This document shows positions 23,736 through 37,287 of a DNA stretch of 53,115 nucleotides, piece after piece. Numbering within the stretch: position 1 is the first letter of the stretch; the number at the start of each line of letters is the position of its first letter. The position numbers and the translations under genes were made by a program. The stretch is from Vezdaea acicularis (Eukaryota), in assembly GCA_026025075.1 (NCBI GenBank), contig JAPEUI010000107.1:1-53115 (forward strand), in the 5' to 3' direction. The notes under the pieces are model-generated. The model did no database searches. It worked only from the letters and a program-made list of their open reading frames with translations, and was not told the origin of the DNA.

Positions 23736-24533
23736 GTTGCGTGGTTGTTATTCGGGCAATCATGATTTGGGGGTGGTGTTTGTGGAGGCGGGCAAGTTCG
23801 CTCTTGATTTCCTTTTGCCGAGGATGACAAAGGGAACATTTTGAGCGTGCAAGCAGCAATCATGCATCAAGTTTCACTGTTTTCATCATCTCCAGGGTCT
23901 ATAGATTTGGCCGCTTTCTAGAGCTCCCAAACTTGCATGTTGTTCCTCCCGATTGGACTCGTTCTCACCGGCTGCGCGATAGGTTCGTCTCTGGTGAGTA
24001 GCGTTGCATGGACAAGCCTTGCAGCTCTAACTTAAACCCCTTGTGTTCGGTCTGGGTGCCCGGGGGAGACCCTCCTTACAACTCATAGCTCAAGCCTCGA
24101 CTGCTGCAGCATATGCTACTTCAAGCCCAGGAGTGATAAAGCCCAGCACCCTGCGGCTGGAGCGATTCGTGTCTTGTCATTATTTTTGTGTAAGCCAATA
24201 TGGGAGGCTCTAATGGAACCTACGGAACAAATCCTTATTCCAGGGTCATTTCAACTGCAGTATTACTAGTAAGAAATACACATTGCCGTGGCGAATCTCA
24301 TTGTTAGGCTTGCCTCCAATCATGTGGGCGTGGCACTCTGTCAACTTGCGGTCACGAAACGCCACAAGTTCGAGACCACGGTCCAGATGCGGGCTCGACT
24401 ATAAGCTTTCAGTCTATCTTCTCAGCCTTGTCGGCTCGAGACTCCTTTCGAGAAATATATATAGATGCCCGACCACCTTATCTTTTCTCTACTTGTTACC
24501 CTTCAAATGACCGTGCGCGTTTAGCATAGAGCA

Positions 24534-25177
24534 ATGCCAAGGCCAACGAGTGTTCACTGCAAAAGGTGTAATAGGCGTATGTTATCCCAATCCCTCTTGC
24601 TATTACAAGCTAAAACCAACGTTAAGTCACGCCTAAGGAACGTTACTCAGCCATTGACGAGAGGACTGAAACAATATATTGCTCTGAATGTGACAGAATT
24701 GCATTCGGCGGTCAGCTGTCCAGCCTTAAATTGGTGTTTTCCCAAACACCAGCGGGCAAGTGCTCACTTTGCGGCGGTGGTGGTATGTATAATCAGAATT
24801 TAGTTGCTTATTCTAGCCCATGGTCGAGAATTCCTTGACACTAAAGACGACTCTTAGGATATGATGCTTCGGCCCCACGCCCCGCAATGGCCTGTGAGCT
24901 CCATAACTTCAGGCTTTGCAACTATTGTGCAGGTCCTGCTACGATGATAAACCATCGAAACCAAGCCCATCGCGGTGGACCTTTGAGATGGACAGCATAC
25001 CTTCTTGAATACGATCTACCCGCCCCGCCACAGCCTACTCTTGCACAGCCAGCGTATTCGCAGCCAACCAACTACCAATCTGCTCGCGCTGCCCCTGGAA
25101 ACCGGAATGAGTGGTCAGACAGCATGTTCACGCAAATGATATTTGAGACTGGTGGTGATATAAACTCACTATTCTAA
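24534..25177 (+). other. Small intron-split Cys-rich (CxxC) zinc-finger-like gene, possibly frameshifted
   Basis: TATATATA about 75 bp upstream; exons 24534-24576, 24627-24710 and 24753-24782 splice in frame to MPRPTSVHCKRCNRLTPKERYSAIDERTETIYCSECDRIAFGAGKCSLCGGG; 3' end uncertain. Confidence 0.5.
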
Positions 25178-25353
25178 TTGCATGATGCTAATCGAGCTTT
25201 TACTTTACCTTCGGTTGTTTAACCATTTTGGAAAGTAGGTCAGTGATACACACTACTGCACCGTTGCACATGACTTTATGGAAATAACAGCATCTATGAA
25301 ATTTCACTAGCACTAAGATGCATGAGTCCACTTGGGTATAACAGGAGCTGAAT

Positions 25354-28300
25354 TTACTCCGGGAGCGAGGCTTCGTCATTCTCTATAAAATCGGCAACCC
25401 TGTCCTTTGAAAAAACGATACATCCTTCGCGTGCATGCCAGATCCGCCTCTCCTCAATGGCACACAGCGAGTCTGGTGCAGATGCGTCTTGATTCGATTT
25501 CTTAACCACCTCATCTTTCGGAAAACTCCAAACCTTGACCTCCTCAACGCTTGCCCCAAATTCGTATTCCCCATGGCATAAGATGCAAAAGCTTGTTTCG
25601 ACGACTGTTGTCTCACCGGGGCCAAGCACTGGTAGCACCCTTTGCAGCAGGCCATTCCAAGCTATGCTTTTCGATGTATCCAATGCTATATTGTGTGGCT
25701 GATTGTGAAGGCTTGGCTGGAGACGCAGGAGAGGGCATAATGGTCGAGTCATTCGGTTGTGAATCCGGGTAAATACGGAGATATAACTGTCTGTAAGGAC
25801 CTCAAACTTATATCTGCCGACTTGTCGGAATGATTCATCGCTGGTGACAGTGTTACTGATGCCAACATCTTCGACCTTGACGGCCTCGATCATTTTGGGT
25901 GTCAGGCGAATAGCTCGCAGCTCAACGGCGCCGGTGTGCCCCTGAGTATCATGCCATGAGGCTCGTATACGTTTGAGTATTTCTTCTTTGTACCAAAAGT
26001 TTTCTCGCATTGTCCTTTCAATTTCAGGATTGCCCTTTCCAGCGCTAACAACGAATTGCCTCTTTGTTGCTGGATTGAGAGACGGGATTGGTTGCTGCGG
26101 GTTCGGTAAGAAAATGCATGGCACAGGCATGATCATGCGAGTAGTGTGGCCCGGATGCAAAATCTCGTCAATAGTATACGTGGAAGTCCATGAGTTCTCC
26201 AATGTAGCATTTTCACCTGTCGTTTGAGATGTATTGTCTCCATCATCTTGCCCGATTTGTAGTTTTACAGTAAGGGGATCGGGCCAGGCGTTGCGAAGGT
26301 CAAGTAATAACAGGAAGACCCCCGGATAATCGCGTGCCTTTTCAAGATACGTGAAAAGTGACGAGAAATCTCTGTTGGGGCTAGCATTTCGTGCTGTCTT
26401 TGCCGCCTTCTCAGGTATGATTGCAGATTCGTCTGAGTCGCTACTCTTCCTATCCAAACTCATATGGAATGGCGTACAATCGGCTCTTAAGACCTCAACG
26501 CTAGCATTAACCGTGATACTAACGGGAAGAACAAGCTTTCGTGTGTAGAATTGGCCTCGTATTTCAGCCTTGGGGACGCCGAGACAAGCATAATCAACCT
26601 GAACAACGCCATTTGTTAGGCCAGGCTTTCCAAGAACCTCGATTTCGAAAGTAGATGATTGGCCTGGGCCGATATAGATACTCTCGTTCTCCTTTGGCCT
26701 CCGTCGGAAAGCCTGCCTTTGGGTCAACATCAGCTCGAGCTCGTACAACTCTGATGTCGAGTTATTCTTGTTACTCATAGCGGCTTGCAAAGGCGCAGAC
26801 GTCGAATCTTGGAAGGAGAACAATAGTAGATCAGCCGGAGCTGACTTAGAAAGGTTTTGAAGGGTCATTGTAAACGCTTTGACTTCGCCTTCTAGAACCA
26901 TCATAGCTGCTTGAGACAGTGAAGTCGCTTTTACAATTACCGTTGGCTGCTCGTTAATGACAGTCAGCTCGAGATTTGACGCAGACGGACCTTTTGCTTG
27001 CTCAAGGGCATTCCTGGATGAGGTGGAGGCATTGGATATTGGTCGTCCTTTTAGAGGTTCAGAATCTTCAAGGCCAATGGTCTTTATCTTAGGGCCGACA
27101 TCGAGATACCAAGAGTCTCGAAAGACGGGAAACCGACGTTTTCGACAGCCTCGGATCTTGATGACGCAACCCACGATGCGTAACATCCCAGCAGTCTTAG
27201 GTACCCCCGAGATGATTAATGCTTGGGATCGGTAAGGAAGCAGCACCGCACCTTGTTCATTCGACTCAAACTCAACACCCTCATGCTCAAGTCTGACGTA
27301 GTCGAGCTCGAGTTCGAAAGCGAAAGGATTCTGTAGTACAACTCTGAAAGCAATCTGTTCCCCTGCAACCAGACACTCGTCACCAGCGACGAAGTCATTT
27401 ACTTTGAGAAAGGGATTATAAATAAAAAGGCTCTTTTCTTTCTGCTCCTCCAGAGCGCCTAATTCTTCCAACTCTTTCTTGGCGTGCGGCACAGGCCGTT
27501 GCCATGGCGGAAGTTGGGATAATTCTATGGCACGGACGATAAATTCGTCCCAGTAGTCTGCTTCTATTCCTCGGAGTTTAAGTCTCCTGGAAGCGCTGAC
27601 AGTTCTAGAAATATTGGTTGCGAGTCGTACTTGCTCTTCTCGGGAAAGCATAGATACAACCTCCTGCTCATAACTTTTTAGGGGTTCGGCCTTTGCTGTT
27701 TGAAGGAGCTCAGTAGTACACCGCAAAACACCTTTAAAGTCTGGTAAAGCCTCGCAAAGATTGATACACATTCTAAGTATTCCAATTTTCAATACTTTGT
27801 TTCCAAATGCTTGAGTTTTGGCATTCTGTGAGACTTTCATTGCGATACCATCGTTCGAGAAATCGTAGTTTGAAGGGTTAGAAGAGCCGACTATTCCATA
27901 GACCTGACCAAGCGCAGTCATCAGAGTACCAATTCCACTTTCGACGTCATCTGTTCTCATATTCAGAGTCCCAGTCTCCGTGTGAACTCCGCTAATAGGG
28001 GTCGACGATACAAGACCTGCAGCAGGATGTACACCCATTTCGGCAGCTCCAACTTTTCTCGCTTGGACAAGAGCTGGGACAAGAGTTTCAATAAGCTCGC
28101 GAACGAAAAACGCCTTTTTCCGATGCAAATGCAATGAAGATAGGATCGTGGCAATGCCCGCGAGAATGGTTATACGATCCGTAACCGAAAGACTGGACAC
28201 GTCTGAGGGATATGAGCGTAGTACAATACGGAGAATCTCCATCCGCGTCGGTTGTATGGAGATTGCTATCCTGCGCAGGTCCAGGGCGCGGGTTGACTCA

Positions 28301-30045
28301 GCATTCGTTACAATCAAGCGTAGGGTCTCGTCTCCAAGCTGTCCATTCGAACACCTTAAGATCACTAATAGTCTTGATATTCGAAGGACGGATTCGGAAA
28401 ATGCTAATTGTGGAAGTGCTTCTCCACCATAGTTCGAAGCTCGAGTATAGTAGTTGAGGATCATGGTAGCAAAATCGGGAATGAGCAATGAAAGGTTCCG
28501 CAGGGTAGTCACACGAGCAGACTCGGATGCCTTGGCTGATCCATTAATGCTGCTCTGGCTATTTGATGGAGTGTGGCTTGAAGGTCTACTAGAAGCCGAT
28601 GCTTTCTCAGGGTTCGGATAGCAAATTGATGGTATCTATGTGGTCGCAATGTGATACGCGATTAGTGGTCATGTTTTGAGAATAATCTCCGCCATTCAGC
28701 ATACTTCATAACAAAGAAAAGTTGGGCACTGAACGTACCTCAAACTCCTGCCGATTCCAAGCTAGCATTAGTTGACATACGAGGATGTTCTCAAGCGCTT
28801 TGCCATGCCATATGTGATCCCTGTTGGCCTCCCCAACTGTTGCGCTGTCAACGAATTCTTTCAACCCGTCACTCCACCTTCCAGCCAACATATAGAGGGT
28901 ACCGATGATCACACCAACACGACCTTTGCCTTTATTCCTTGCTCGTTCACTAAGGCTACCTGATCCAAAACCTGAAACGGATACGCGTTCACGGCTATGC
29001 TCTCTACCTCCTAAAGCTGCACTAGAACGAGTCAAGTTGCTCTTCTTGGGTGCTTCTGAAGGCGAAACTGTATTTCCTGCGATCTCTTCAAATGTAGTCG
29101 GTGGCGGCGTCCTTGTGCCATTCCGGGGGCCCGGACGAGACATTCCAGCCATTCCAGGACTGATAGAAGATGCTGCTGAAGAAGTGGAAGGTAGTTGGGC
29201 TGGCATAGACATGCGATGCTGGGTTCGGTCATAATCTGAGGGAGAGCCTGTTCTGGAATTCTGTGATCCTACGGAAAGCTGTGAATTATGCCTTGAGAGA
29301 TCTGTCGGAGGCTCTGCGCGGCTACCAGTCAAACCAAAGCCTTCTGGAGCTCTTGGCGATTCGATCGTTGGTAAGGCTTGTAACGATTTTGCATATGTGG
29401 TCATCTCCGCAAGCATATACGAGGCCAAATCACACAGAACGGTTTTGATCGTGGTCGTTGTCGACAGACTGACTGGTGGCACGATCGTGAAGCCTTCAGG
29501 AAGTGCTACGCTTTCTGTGAGATCAAAGGCGAGACAATGATGGACCAGCGCCCGAGGATATAGATCCCTCATTGCTTCCGCGTGATGTGATAAATCTGCG
29601 ATTGTTTGATTTGAAACGTGTATCTCAGGTCCATTATCCTCTCCCGACCTAAGGTCTGTGATATCTAGTGCATCACATATTCCAACGACTATGAGCGGTT
29701 CTCGGAAGAGCTCGAACGGTGCTAGTGATAGGTGGGATTGTGACGGAAATGACGTGGAGAGATCAAAAAGTATAGCGCCAGATCTGCCCTGGGGTGAGAA
29801 CATTGCTTAACCTCGCGTCAGCCTTAGGTTCCCTTCCACATCTCTTCAGGTACCCTTAGTGGATGTGCGATAGACTCACTCCTGTTTGGTCGCTTGTCCG
29901 GACTAATGTCACCCAGGGGTACGACATTCTCGTGCTGCAGTCGCTCGACAAAACCGACGAACCTAGAGCGTTTGACATTGCCTAGAGGTAAAGTGAGGAC
30001 TTTGACACGCGCCGGCACGACGGGTGAAAGTGAATCAAAGCCCAT
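25354..30045 (-). CDS. TRS120: TRAPPII complex subunit Trs120/TRAPPC9 (HypA-like), multi-exon
   Basis: Start MGFDSLSPVVPARVKVL; APFELFREPL, LYMLAGRWSDGL, DHIWHGKALE, HRKKAFFVRE, FIYNPF, LQNPFAFEL, LLDLRNAW. Confidence 0.92.
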
Positions 30046-30699
30046 GGTAACATTGAATTGTACCCCCCAATTTAACTCTAAGTATCGACCCTTGGATGGC
30101 GAAAGCGCTTCTTGAGTCTAGTCGGATAGAGTTTATCGCGTGCGGACTGCTCCCTTGCCGCTGATGATTTGACATCATTAATTGATGAGCAAGCTGTTGT
30201 TTCCGGTTTCTTAGCTTAGCACTGGCCTCTTCGTTGTGATCGAGAAATCCTCGTGTGGTTGGTATTTCGTGCAGTGCAGTGCGAGAGAAGATTGCATATA
30301 TTGGCCGCCTAGGCGACCGTAGCTAGCTCATGCGGAAAGCGTAATCGTCCAGTGGCCTCGCAAAACTCGAAGCCAGGATCAGCTTTTCACCCTAGGACCG
30401 GTGCCATTATCCATTAACGAGACTATCTTATACCTTACCTCATCGTATGACCGCTTTAATCAAGGACAATTGATAATCTACAAACTGCTACCTATACGCT
30501 GCATGCCTGCTTTCACACAAATGGCAATCTACAGCAATAGGCTGACATTCCCGAATAACATCCGGTCATAAAGACCGAAACCTTCAGGTCTGCTTTCCTT
30601 CCTTAATGCGGTCTGGAGAGTGGTCTTTTCATATTCTTAAAATTGTGACTTGTTGGCCATAGGTAGTCTGATGCAGGAAAAGAATGCTGCGGCTGTGGA

Positions 30700-32054
30700 T
30701 AACTGTCAGCATGTTGGTTTCCGTCAACCAAGAAACAGTCGGATTACAACCTCCAGCAACTTGAATTTGATAACGAACATCGAGAACATCATATTCTATA
30801 CATATACCAGGGCAGATGGAAGGGCTTGGCAACATCTGATGTTCAAATATATTGAGAAAATATATGGCTTCTCAAAAGTTGCACCAAGCATATATTATTT
30901 AGTCTTTCACCAACAGAACCATACTCTCTGGAGTCTCATAGATAGATGGATGATGTCAAGGAAAACAATGATAAGAAAATTTTGTCTCCGTTAGAGCAGA
31001 GAAAAAGAGAATGAACCGCTGTACGATTCTACGTGCCTCAGCCATAATAAATCTATGACCTATTGCCCCGGAGCAAAGCCTCACCTCGGACTATCCCTCT
31101 GTTTAATCATTCCAAAACAAAACAATACAATATTTCCACTGTCTGAAACCCCAACAAAGAAGCCGAATTCACAGATGAAGAACTCGAAGCTCATCCGGGT
31201 ACGCTAACGGATGCGGAGGAGAGAAATGCTTACATTTACAGCAATCAAGGATTCAGTGTCAAAACAGTCATATGACGTTCAACTCTCTGCGAGACTTGGG
31301 ACTTGGTTGTCTCGCTATAGTGACAAACGCAAAGGGCGGGATCAGCCTTCAAAAAATGGTGCACTCTACGTCCAAAAAACAGAGGACGGTTAGTACGACG
31401 CTCTGTATAGTGCTAAAGATCAAATCGTACATTGGGTAACTATCATTAAGATATCCTATAGTTCTAAAAATTACAACAGGAATGGAATGCAGCTAACATT
31501 ATTGGATCTTACACGCCATACTCAGATGCCGGATATCACACCACGTGGCTGCAACCACAGTGACTATGTAAGGCCTGTGCGATAGATTGTCCCCAGATTT
31601 TAACGACAGGATTCGCACTGAAAGTGAATATGTTTGTAAAGCGCTCAGTAATTTTGGCGAAGATAGCAAAAGAAGCTTAAGTATCAAAGGGATACCCTTT
31701 ATCCTATGCGTATAATCATTGGCAAAATATCAAGAACATGTTGAGGAATTCCAATGCGGAGGTATTTTGCTTCTTCCTGGGGATGGCTCGTAAAATAAGC
31801 CTGATCTGCAAATCAATGTCATGTCAAAGCACGGCCTTGAGAAAGCTGTTAAGACCTTTAACCTTTTCCACAAGCCTGACGAGACAGAGGTACCCATCAC
31901 TAGTCTCGATCTATTGGTAGACTATCACTGTAAGGGATATCTTGACGACGATTTGCCGAGTGTGCTGCTTGTGAATTATGAGAAGAAGCTCACGACAAGT
32001 CCCCCGCATGGCCGCCCCCTTTTACACCTACTCGCCAACTTTGAAGCTAAGTAA
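30700..32054 (+). pseudogene. Decayed multi-exon orphan gene
   Basis: Frame 31611-32054 is open for 148 codons except for TAA at 31713 and 31791; GT-AG intron-like segments at 31436-31479 and 31568-31609; further protein-like fragments with stops upstream; 5' boundary approximate. Confidence 0.45.
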
Positions 32055-32617
32055 ATACCATACTTCTATGAAGGTATGGTTGTAAACAGACTATAGAGTA
32101 TCGATTATTGTGCCCTGAACAGTACAAGCATCGAGGAGGCAACATTTTGATACCATCGCCTCTTACATTTATATATTTGCTTTTACATGCCATTCTCAGT
32201 GAAGAAACTGTCTCAGTGCAATCCAGTATAGGTTAGCGGATGCCGTAGCCTTTTCCAATTCATTTCTTTGCCAACATTCGGTCTTCACCACTTTCTGTTT
32301 AATCCACTCGTCCAATCAACGAGACTCTAGCCTTTGAAGTTTCGTCTCCAACTCGACAGGTCACAGGAGTGGAGAAACAAGGGCTGTACGAGCCGCTTAC
32401 TATTTTCGCCATTTGATTTCACAATCCACACTCTTTTCCCTAGATTCATGATTTTAGGTTCATGTAGGATGTTTCCCTCGATACTACCTACATACCTTAC
32501 TCATATCGCTAAATCAGATACATTTCCCCAAGTTCATAGACACATGTATATCGTGATGATGGGCCATTATTAACTGAATTAACCAAGATAATGCCCGAGC
32601 CACACCATTGAAACTTG

Positions 32618-34372
32618 CTAATTATCCTTCTTCGAAGGCTTGTACCGTACCCCATGACTGACCAGTAGATAATTGCTAAAGAAGGTCTCCGCAAAGTCGT
32701 CAAACTTTTCATACTCTGCACCCAACCTATAGGCAACAGCTATGCCACTCACGCACGCCAACTCATGCATGTTCTACATTCAGTCAGTAACTCAGCCATC
32801 CAAAGCGGTAAAAAGAGAAGCTTACCACCAGCGTCCAACTCCCCGAAAACCAGGTATTATTCTTCCCATTGATCCACATCATCCCAGGCACGACCCTCGC
32901 ATAATGCTGCCACCTATGCCCCAATTGATGCCACCACTTTGACTCGATAATTTTATCCTTATCGATCTCGTCAATCGTCCACATGTTCTTGTTCTCCTTG
33001 TTCAGGAAGATACTCTGGAAAACATGGTGATCGAACGGCATCGGTGGCGTCTCAGCGTGATGATCCATTCGGAACTGGTGTTGATAATTCGTGCAGTCGA
33101 ACGACATTTCGATCTTCTGTGGGTCCTCCGCGTACGACTTCGTGAAGTACATGGGGCGGAACCCCGGCGGCTCATCACCAGGGCCGCGCGCCTCACCCTT
33201 GGAGAAGGAGATCATGTCCTTTTGGTCTTGAGACTTGGGATCCGCGCAGAGGGAGGGATCGAATTTCGTTTGGTATTGTTTCGCAAAGTATGTGCTGTCG
33301 GAGTGCGTAATTGTAATGTCATCGTAAAATCGGGCGCCTCCAAGAATGAACTTCTCTTTCCAGGTAGCAACCCTGCCAAGGAGCTTCTTGGCGTCATCAG
33401 CAAGTACTGCAAAGACAATCTCGTCGAAAGTCTCCGTCACCGCTTCTGGGTGCGTGTGTTCATTAGAAGAGTCGTTCTTTTGGGCGTCAGCGGGGCGCGT
33501 TCGTAACACAACGCCATTTTTACTGCGCTTCACAATATCTACGACCTCGGTTTTAAGCCTGACATCGACACCCTTCTTGACTAGGTCTTTTCTCCAGTCT
33601 TCATAGAAATTGTGTAAGTTGGGAAAGGTAACCATTGTAGGAAGATTGGGAAGTAGTGTTTCTGGGTCATAGTCCCATAGCTTCATGTTGGGATCGTCGA
33701 AGAGGCGCTCAAGAATGGCGCAAGACACATTCGCGGTTTGATTCCCTAAGAGGGTGAGAAAAAGTAACGCACACATAAGCAGGTGGAACAAACCTGTGCC
33801 AAGGAACAAAGCAATTAAGGGGAACACCATTTTGTCACCGAAATCCTTACTGAAGAAGAACATTCTAAGCATTATACGAATGGGTATGATCCCCAAAATG
33901 GGCATCGTCCATTTGATAATCTTCAATACCTTCCCGAACTTCTTGATATCTCCTGAGTATTGGTCTACTAGAGTGCTGGGGAAGCAATTGGTCCAGAATC
34001 CATCCTTACCTTTCCCGAAGGCAACCTGTAGTTTGACTTCCTGAGGTTCGTGCCCGTACTTGCGGAAGAAATTGAATGTATGTCTAAAGATAGGGGAGCC
34101 CCCTTGTACGCCGTCATTCATCCAATCTGTGCCGTATTTCTCCTTGTCAAGGTTGATTGAGGTGGCCTGCCCACCACAAACGGATTCGCGCTCAATCATG
34201 GTAACTTTGAACTTGTCGGGATGCTGCGCAAGAGTGGCTGCGCAGGACTATGTTTCATGTTAGCGGTGACATTGATCGTATTCCAGAACGTGAAACTTAC
34301 CATGCCAGCAGCGCCTGCTCCAACGATAACGACATTCTTATTGCGCGCAGGGGCATCCGCATTGGAAGGCAT
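32618..34372 (-). CDS. FAD/NAD(P)-binding oxidoreductase (flavin amine oxidase-like), multi-exon
   Basis: Exon 1 MPSNADAPARNKNVVIVGAGAAGM (Rossmann GxGxxG), ERESVCGGQA, spliced C-terminal GSWTLV-NMHELACVSG...KKDN*. Confidence 0.88.
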
Positions 34373-34591
34373 TCTGTACTTTTTCCTGCTCTGTGGGGCG
34401 ATATCCAGAAGGACCCTTTAGCTCCAGAACAAGAGCGACATCGCCATTGATAAATGGGACGCGTACGGGAGCGTGTATCGAGCGGTCAAGCGGTCATTAT
34501 GAGGAATGATGCGTCCAATTCGAGCTAGCCCCAAGTAATGACGTGAGTGCCAAGTCGTTTAAAAGTATTAAGCCAATCCGAAGCATCTAAT

Positions 34592-34599
34592 TCACGTGA
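34592..34599. promoter_or_regulatory. TCACGTGA palindromic E-box (Cbf1-type) in the divergent oxidoreductase/GSH2 promoter
   Basis: Exact TCACGTGA with a nearby CCAAT, upstream of a sulfur-pathway gene; single short motif. Confidence 0.3.
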
Positions 34600-34749
34600 G
34601 CGCGCGTCAATCGGGCTAGATCTCGCGTCAAGATCTGGCACCCCTGTCTACAAGGCGATATGCCCCACAAAGTGGCTGCGCTCGGCTTGATGCTGACGGA
34701 CGCAATATCCAAAGATCAAAGCCCCTTGGGCTTATCTCTCTTGGAAGCT

Positions 34750-36613
34750 ATGACAAGCTCGGTCTATTCAGAATGGCCACCGAAGCTAGATGCAGAACAG
34801 AAAGCGCACATTATTTCAGAAATCAATCTTTGGTCCATAATTCATGGTCTTGCGGTTAGGCCCGCGCCATCGTTTGTGCCGCCTAGAATCGACCCATATT
34901 TAGTTCTAGCGACAACCGCGCCTATTACTATATTCCCAAGCCCCTTTCCACGCAGCTGCTTCCAACAGGCCCTGAAGATACAAAATGTTTACAACCAACT
35001 GTATGCAGCAATTGCTAATGATGAGGTGTGGCTGAAAGCTATCGTCGAAGTGTAAGCCATATTTCCGACTTTGACAGTCACATGCTACTCCTTTCTTTTC
35101 AACCTTAGGTTGTCATCCTAAGGCACGGTGTCATGTCGCTTTTATTCTGCTTGCTTTTCACCAGCTTTTCCCAAACCGTTGTTTAATGTACTTCAGGGTG
35201 GGGCTTATTTTGACAGGCTGAGCGAGGTGGACGACTTCATTTCAAAGCTGTGGCACATCCACCTTGCAGTGAAAGATGAGGGTTATACGCAGGTAAACAA
35301 AAAAAACATCTTTTATAACCGAGAGAAACTGAGTATTTTCAAGAATCTCACATTAGGAATTTTTCGATCAGACTACATGGTCCATGTTAATCCTTCGGAG
35401 GGAGACGGAAAATCTCAAATTAAGCAGGTGGAATTCAACACGATTGCTTCTTCATTTGGAGGGTTGTCCGACCTAGTATGCAAGCTTCACAGGTAGGGCT
35501 CGGTCAAGATCTTTCGTCTTCTCTTACTGAACGCGTCATAGGACTCTTGAGGTTCAAGGGACTTATCCCCAAGATATCTCAGTTCGGCCCAGCGAAGGAA
35601 GCACTGAAAAGCTGGAAGACTATATGCCAGCCAACAATGCTATTGATTCGTTGGCAGCGGGTCTTGCCCAGGCTCATGCCGAGTATGAAAAGACAAGACC
35701 AGAGGGCGCGCCTCCAGCTTGCATAATCATGATTGTCCAGCCCTTGGAACGAAACCCCTTCGATCAAGAGCTCATCATTTCTAGACTGCGTGCCAAATAT
35801 GGCATTCCTAGTTTTCGACTTGGGTTTTCCTCCGTATTCAAGCACACCGAGATCCCAAACATATCTGAGCGACCACTATACTACCATTGCCCGCACTCCC
35901 AGAAAAGGACCTACGAAGTTAGCGTTGTTTACTTTCGCGCGGGATACGCGCCAAACGAGTACCCTGACGACAACGCCTGGGCTGCCCGTCTGCACCTAGA
36001 GCGATCCTTGGCAATTAAATGTCCCTCGATATTGACACACCTTGCAGGATCTAAAAAGATCCAGCAAGAGCTTGCCACACCAGGATCTGATCACCTGAAC
36101 CGATTCATTAGATCCCCAGATGTATCAAAGGAGCTAGAGGAGACTTTCACGAACATCTTTCCGCTGGACGACAGCATCGATGGTAAAAAGGCCCGAGAGA
36201 TTGCGTTGGATGAGAAAGGCGCGACGAACTATGTGCTAAAGCCGCAGCGAGAGGGCGGAGGTAACAATATATATGGAGCAGCAATCCCATCCTTTTTACG
36301 ATCCATCCCAGAATCCCATTGGAAGGGATACATTTTGATGGAACTCATCCATCCGCCTGCTCTTAACAATATGGTCCTCCGTAACGGAGAATGCATGGAG
36401 GGGGCCGTCATTGGCGAGCTAGGCATTTATGGAGCTGTATTATGGGAACAAGGAGGAGGGAGTGAGAATAGCCTGAAGGAGACTGATGAATTTCATTGCA
36501 TCTTTAATACCACGGCTGGTTATCTGCTACGGACGAAGAGCGCTGATAGTGAAGAAGGCGGTGTTGCTGCTGGTTTTGGCGCCGTTGATAGTTGTCTCCT
36601 TGTAGATTCCTGA
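34750..36613 (+). CDS. GSH2: Glutathione synthetase, multi-exon
   Basis: APITIFPSPFP, LGIFRSDYM, KQVEFNTIASSFGGL, VVYFRAGY, AGSKKIQQEL, VLKPQREGGGNN, EGGVAAGFG; start may instead be 34660. Confidence 0.95.
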
Positions 36614-37287
36614 ACAGTCCACAGCTTTAAGCTGGATGCGCCACTTCTTCACAGAATCATCTCACTTTATTGGCGATGCCGAAAGCCTTGCCTACTTCCT
36701 CACCATGGCAGTCAAATTGTCTATAACCCAAGATAAAAAGAGTCCCTCAATAGGCTGAAGAAGAGACGAAGGAAATCATTGATCAGCCACTCCAACCAGT
36801 TCGGCTTGACGCCTAAAGAAAGGAGTAGGCTAGCGATGTGGTCGTAAACGTGTCTGTGATCCAAAGGCATTGTGGCGCAATCTTGAACAAATCAGACAAA
36901 TCCGTTCATATGGTCGAAAGAAGGCATTGACATCCCCTTTTCACAATCTTTTCAAGGTTCAATCATTCATCCGAGGTTTAGTGTCAACCGCTCAATCATG
37001 GGTCCCACTTTCAAAACAACTTTGGACTGAATAGAATAGATGTGTGGAAGATTAGGTGATTCCGGACTACGCCCTAATGGCGCTCTCGCCCATCGCACCA
37101 TACTCACAACCACAAGAGCATATTCAAATGTATGCTCATCTTATTAGTGCCCTATGTACATTGCGACCTCGCTCCCAGATCCACAAGGCGTTGCAAATCC
37201 AGTCGTCTAATAGGCTTGGAAGCACGTAGTATAGATGTGACGTCAAGCCAACGCCTGTAGAATTACTCCCGTAGACCACACATACCA

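Noticed and set aside
24862..24864. In-frame TGA before the Cys-rich frame as selenocysteine or readthrough
   Set aside because: Dikarya lack the Sec machinery and the splice phase does not enter that frame; an indel is simpler
32509..32736. 75-aa minus-strand ORF as the last exon of the oxidoreductase
   Set aside because: Wrong frame; the spliced conserved C-terminus (NMHELACVSG...) stops at 32618
35052..35216. Long GSH2 intron 1 with small hairpin (CCTTAGG...CCTAAGG) as a stwintron or cassette exon
   Set aside because: No convincing internal donor/branch set; a single ordinary intron explains it
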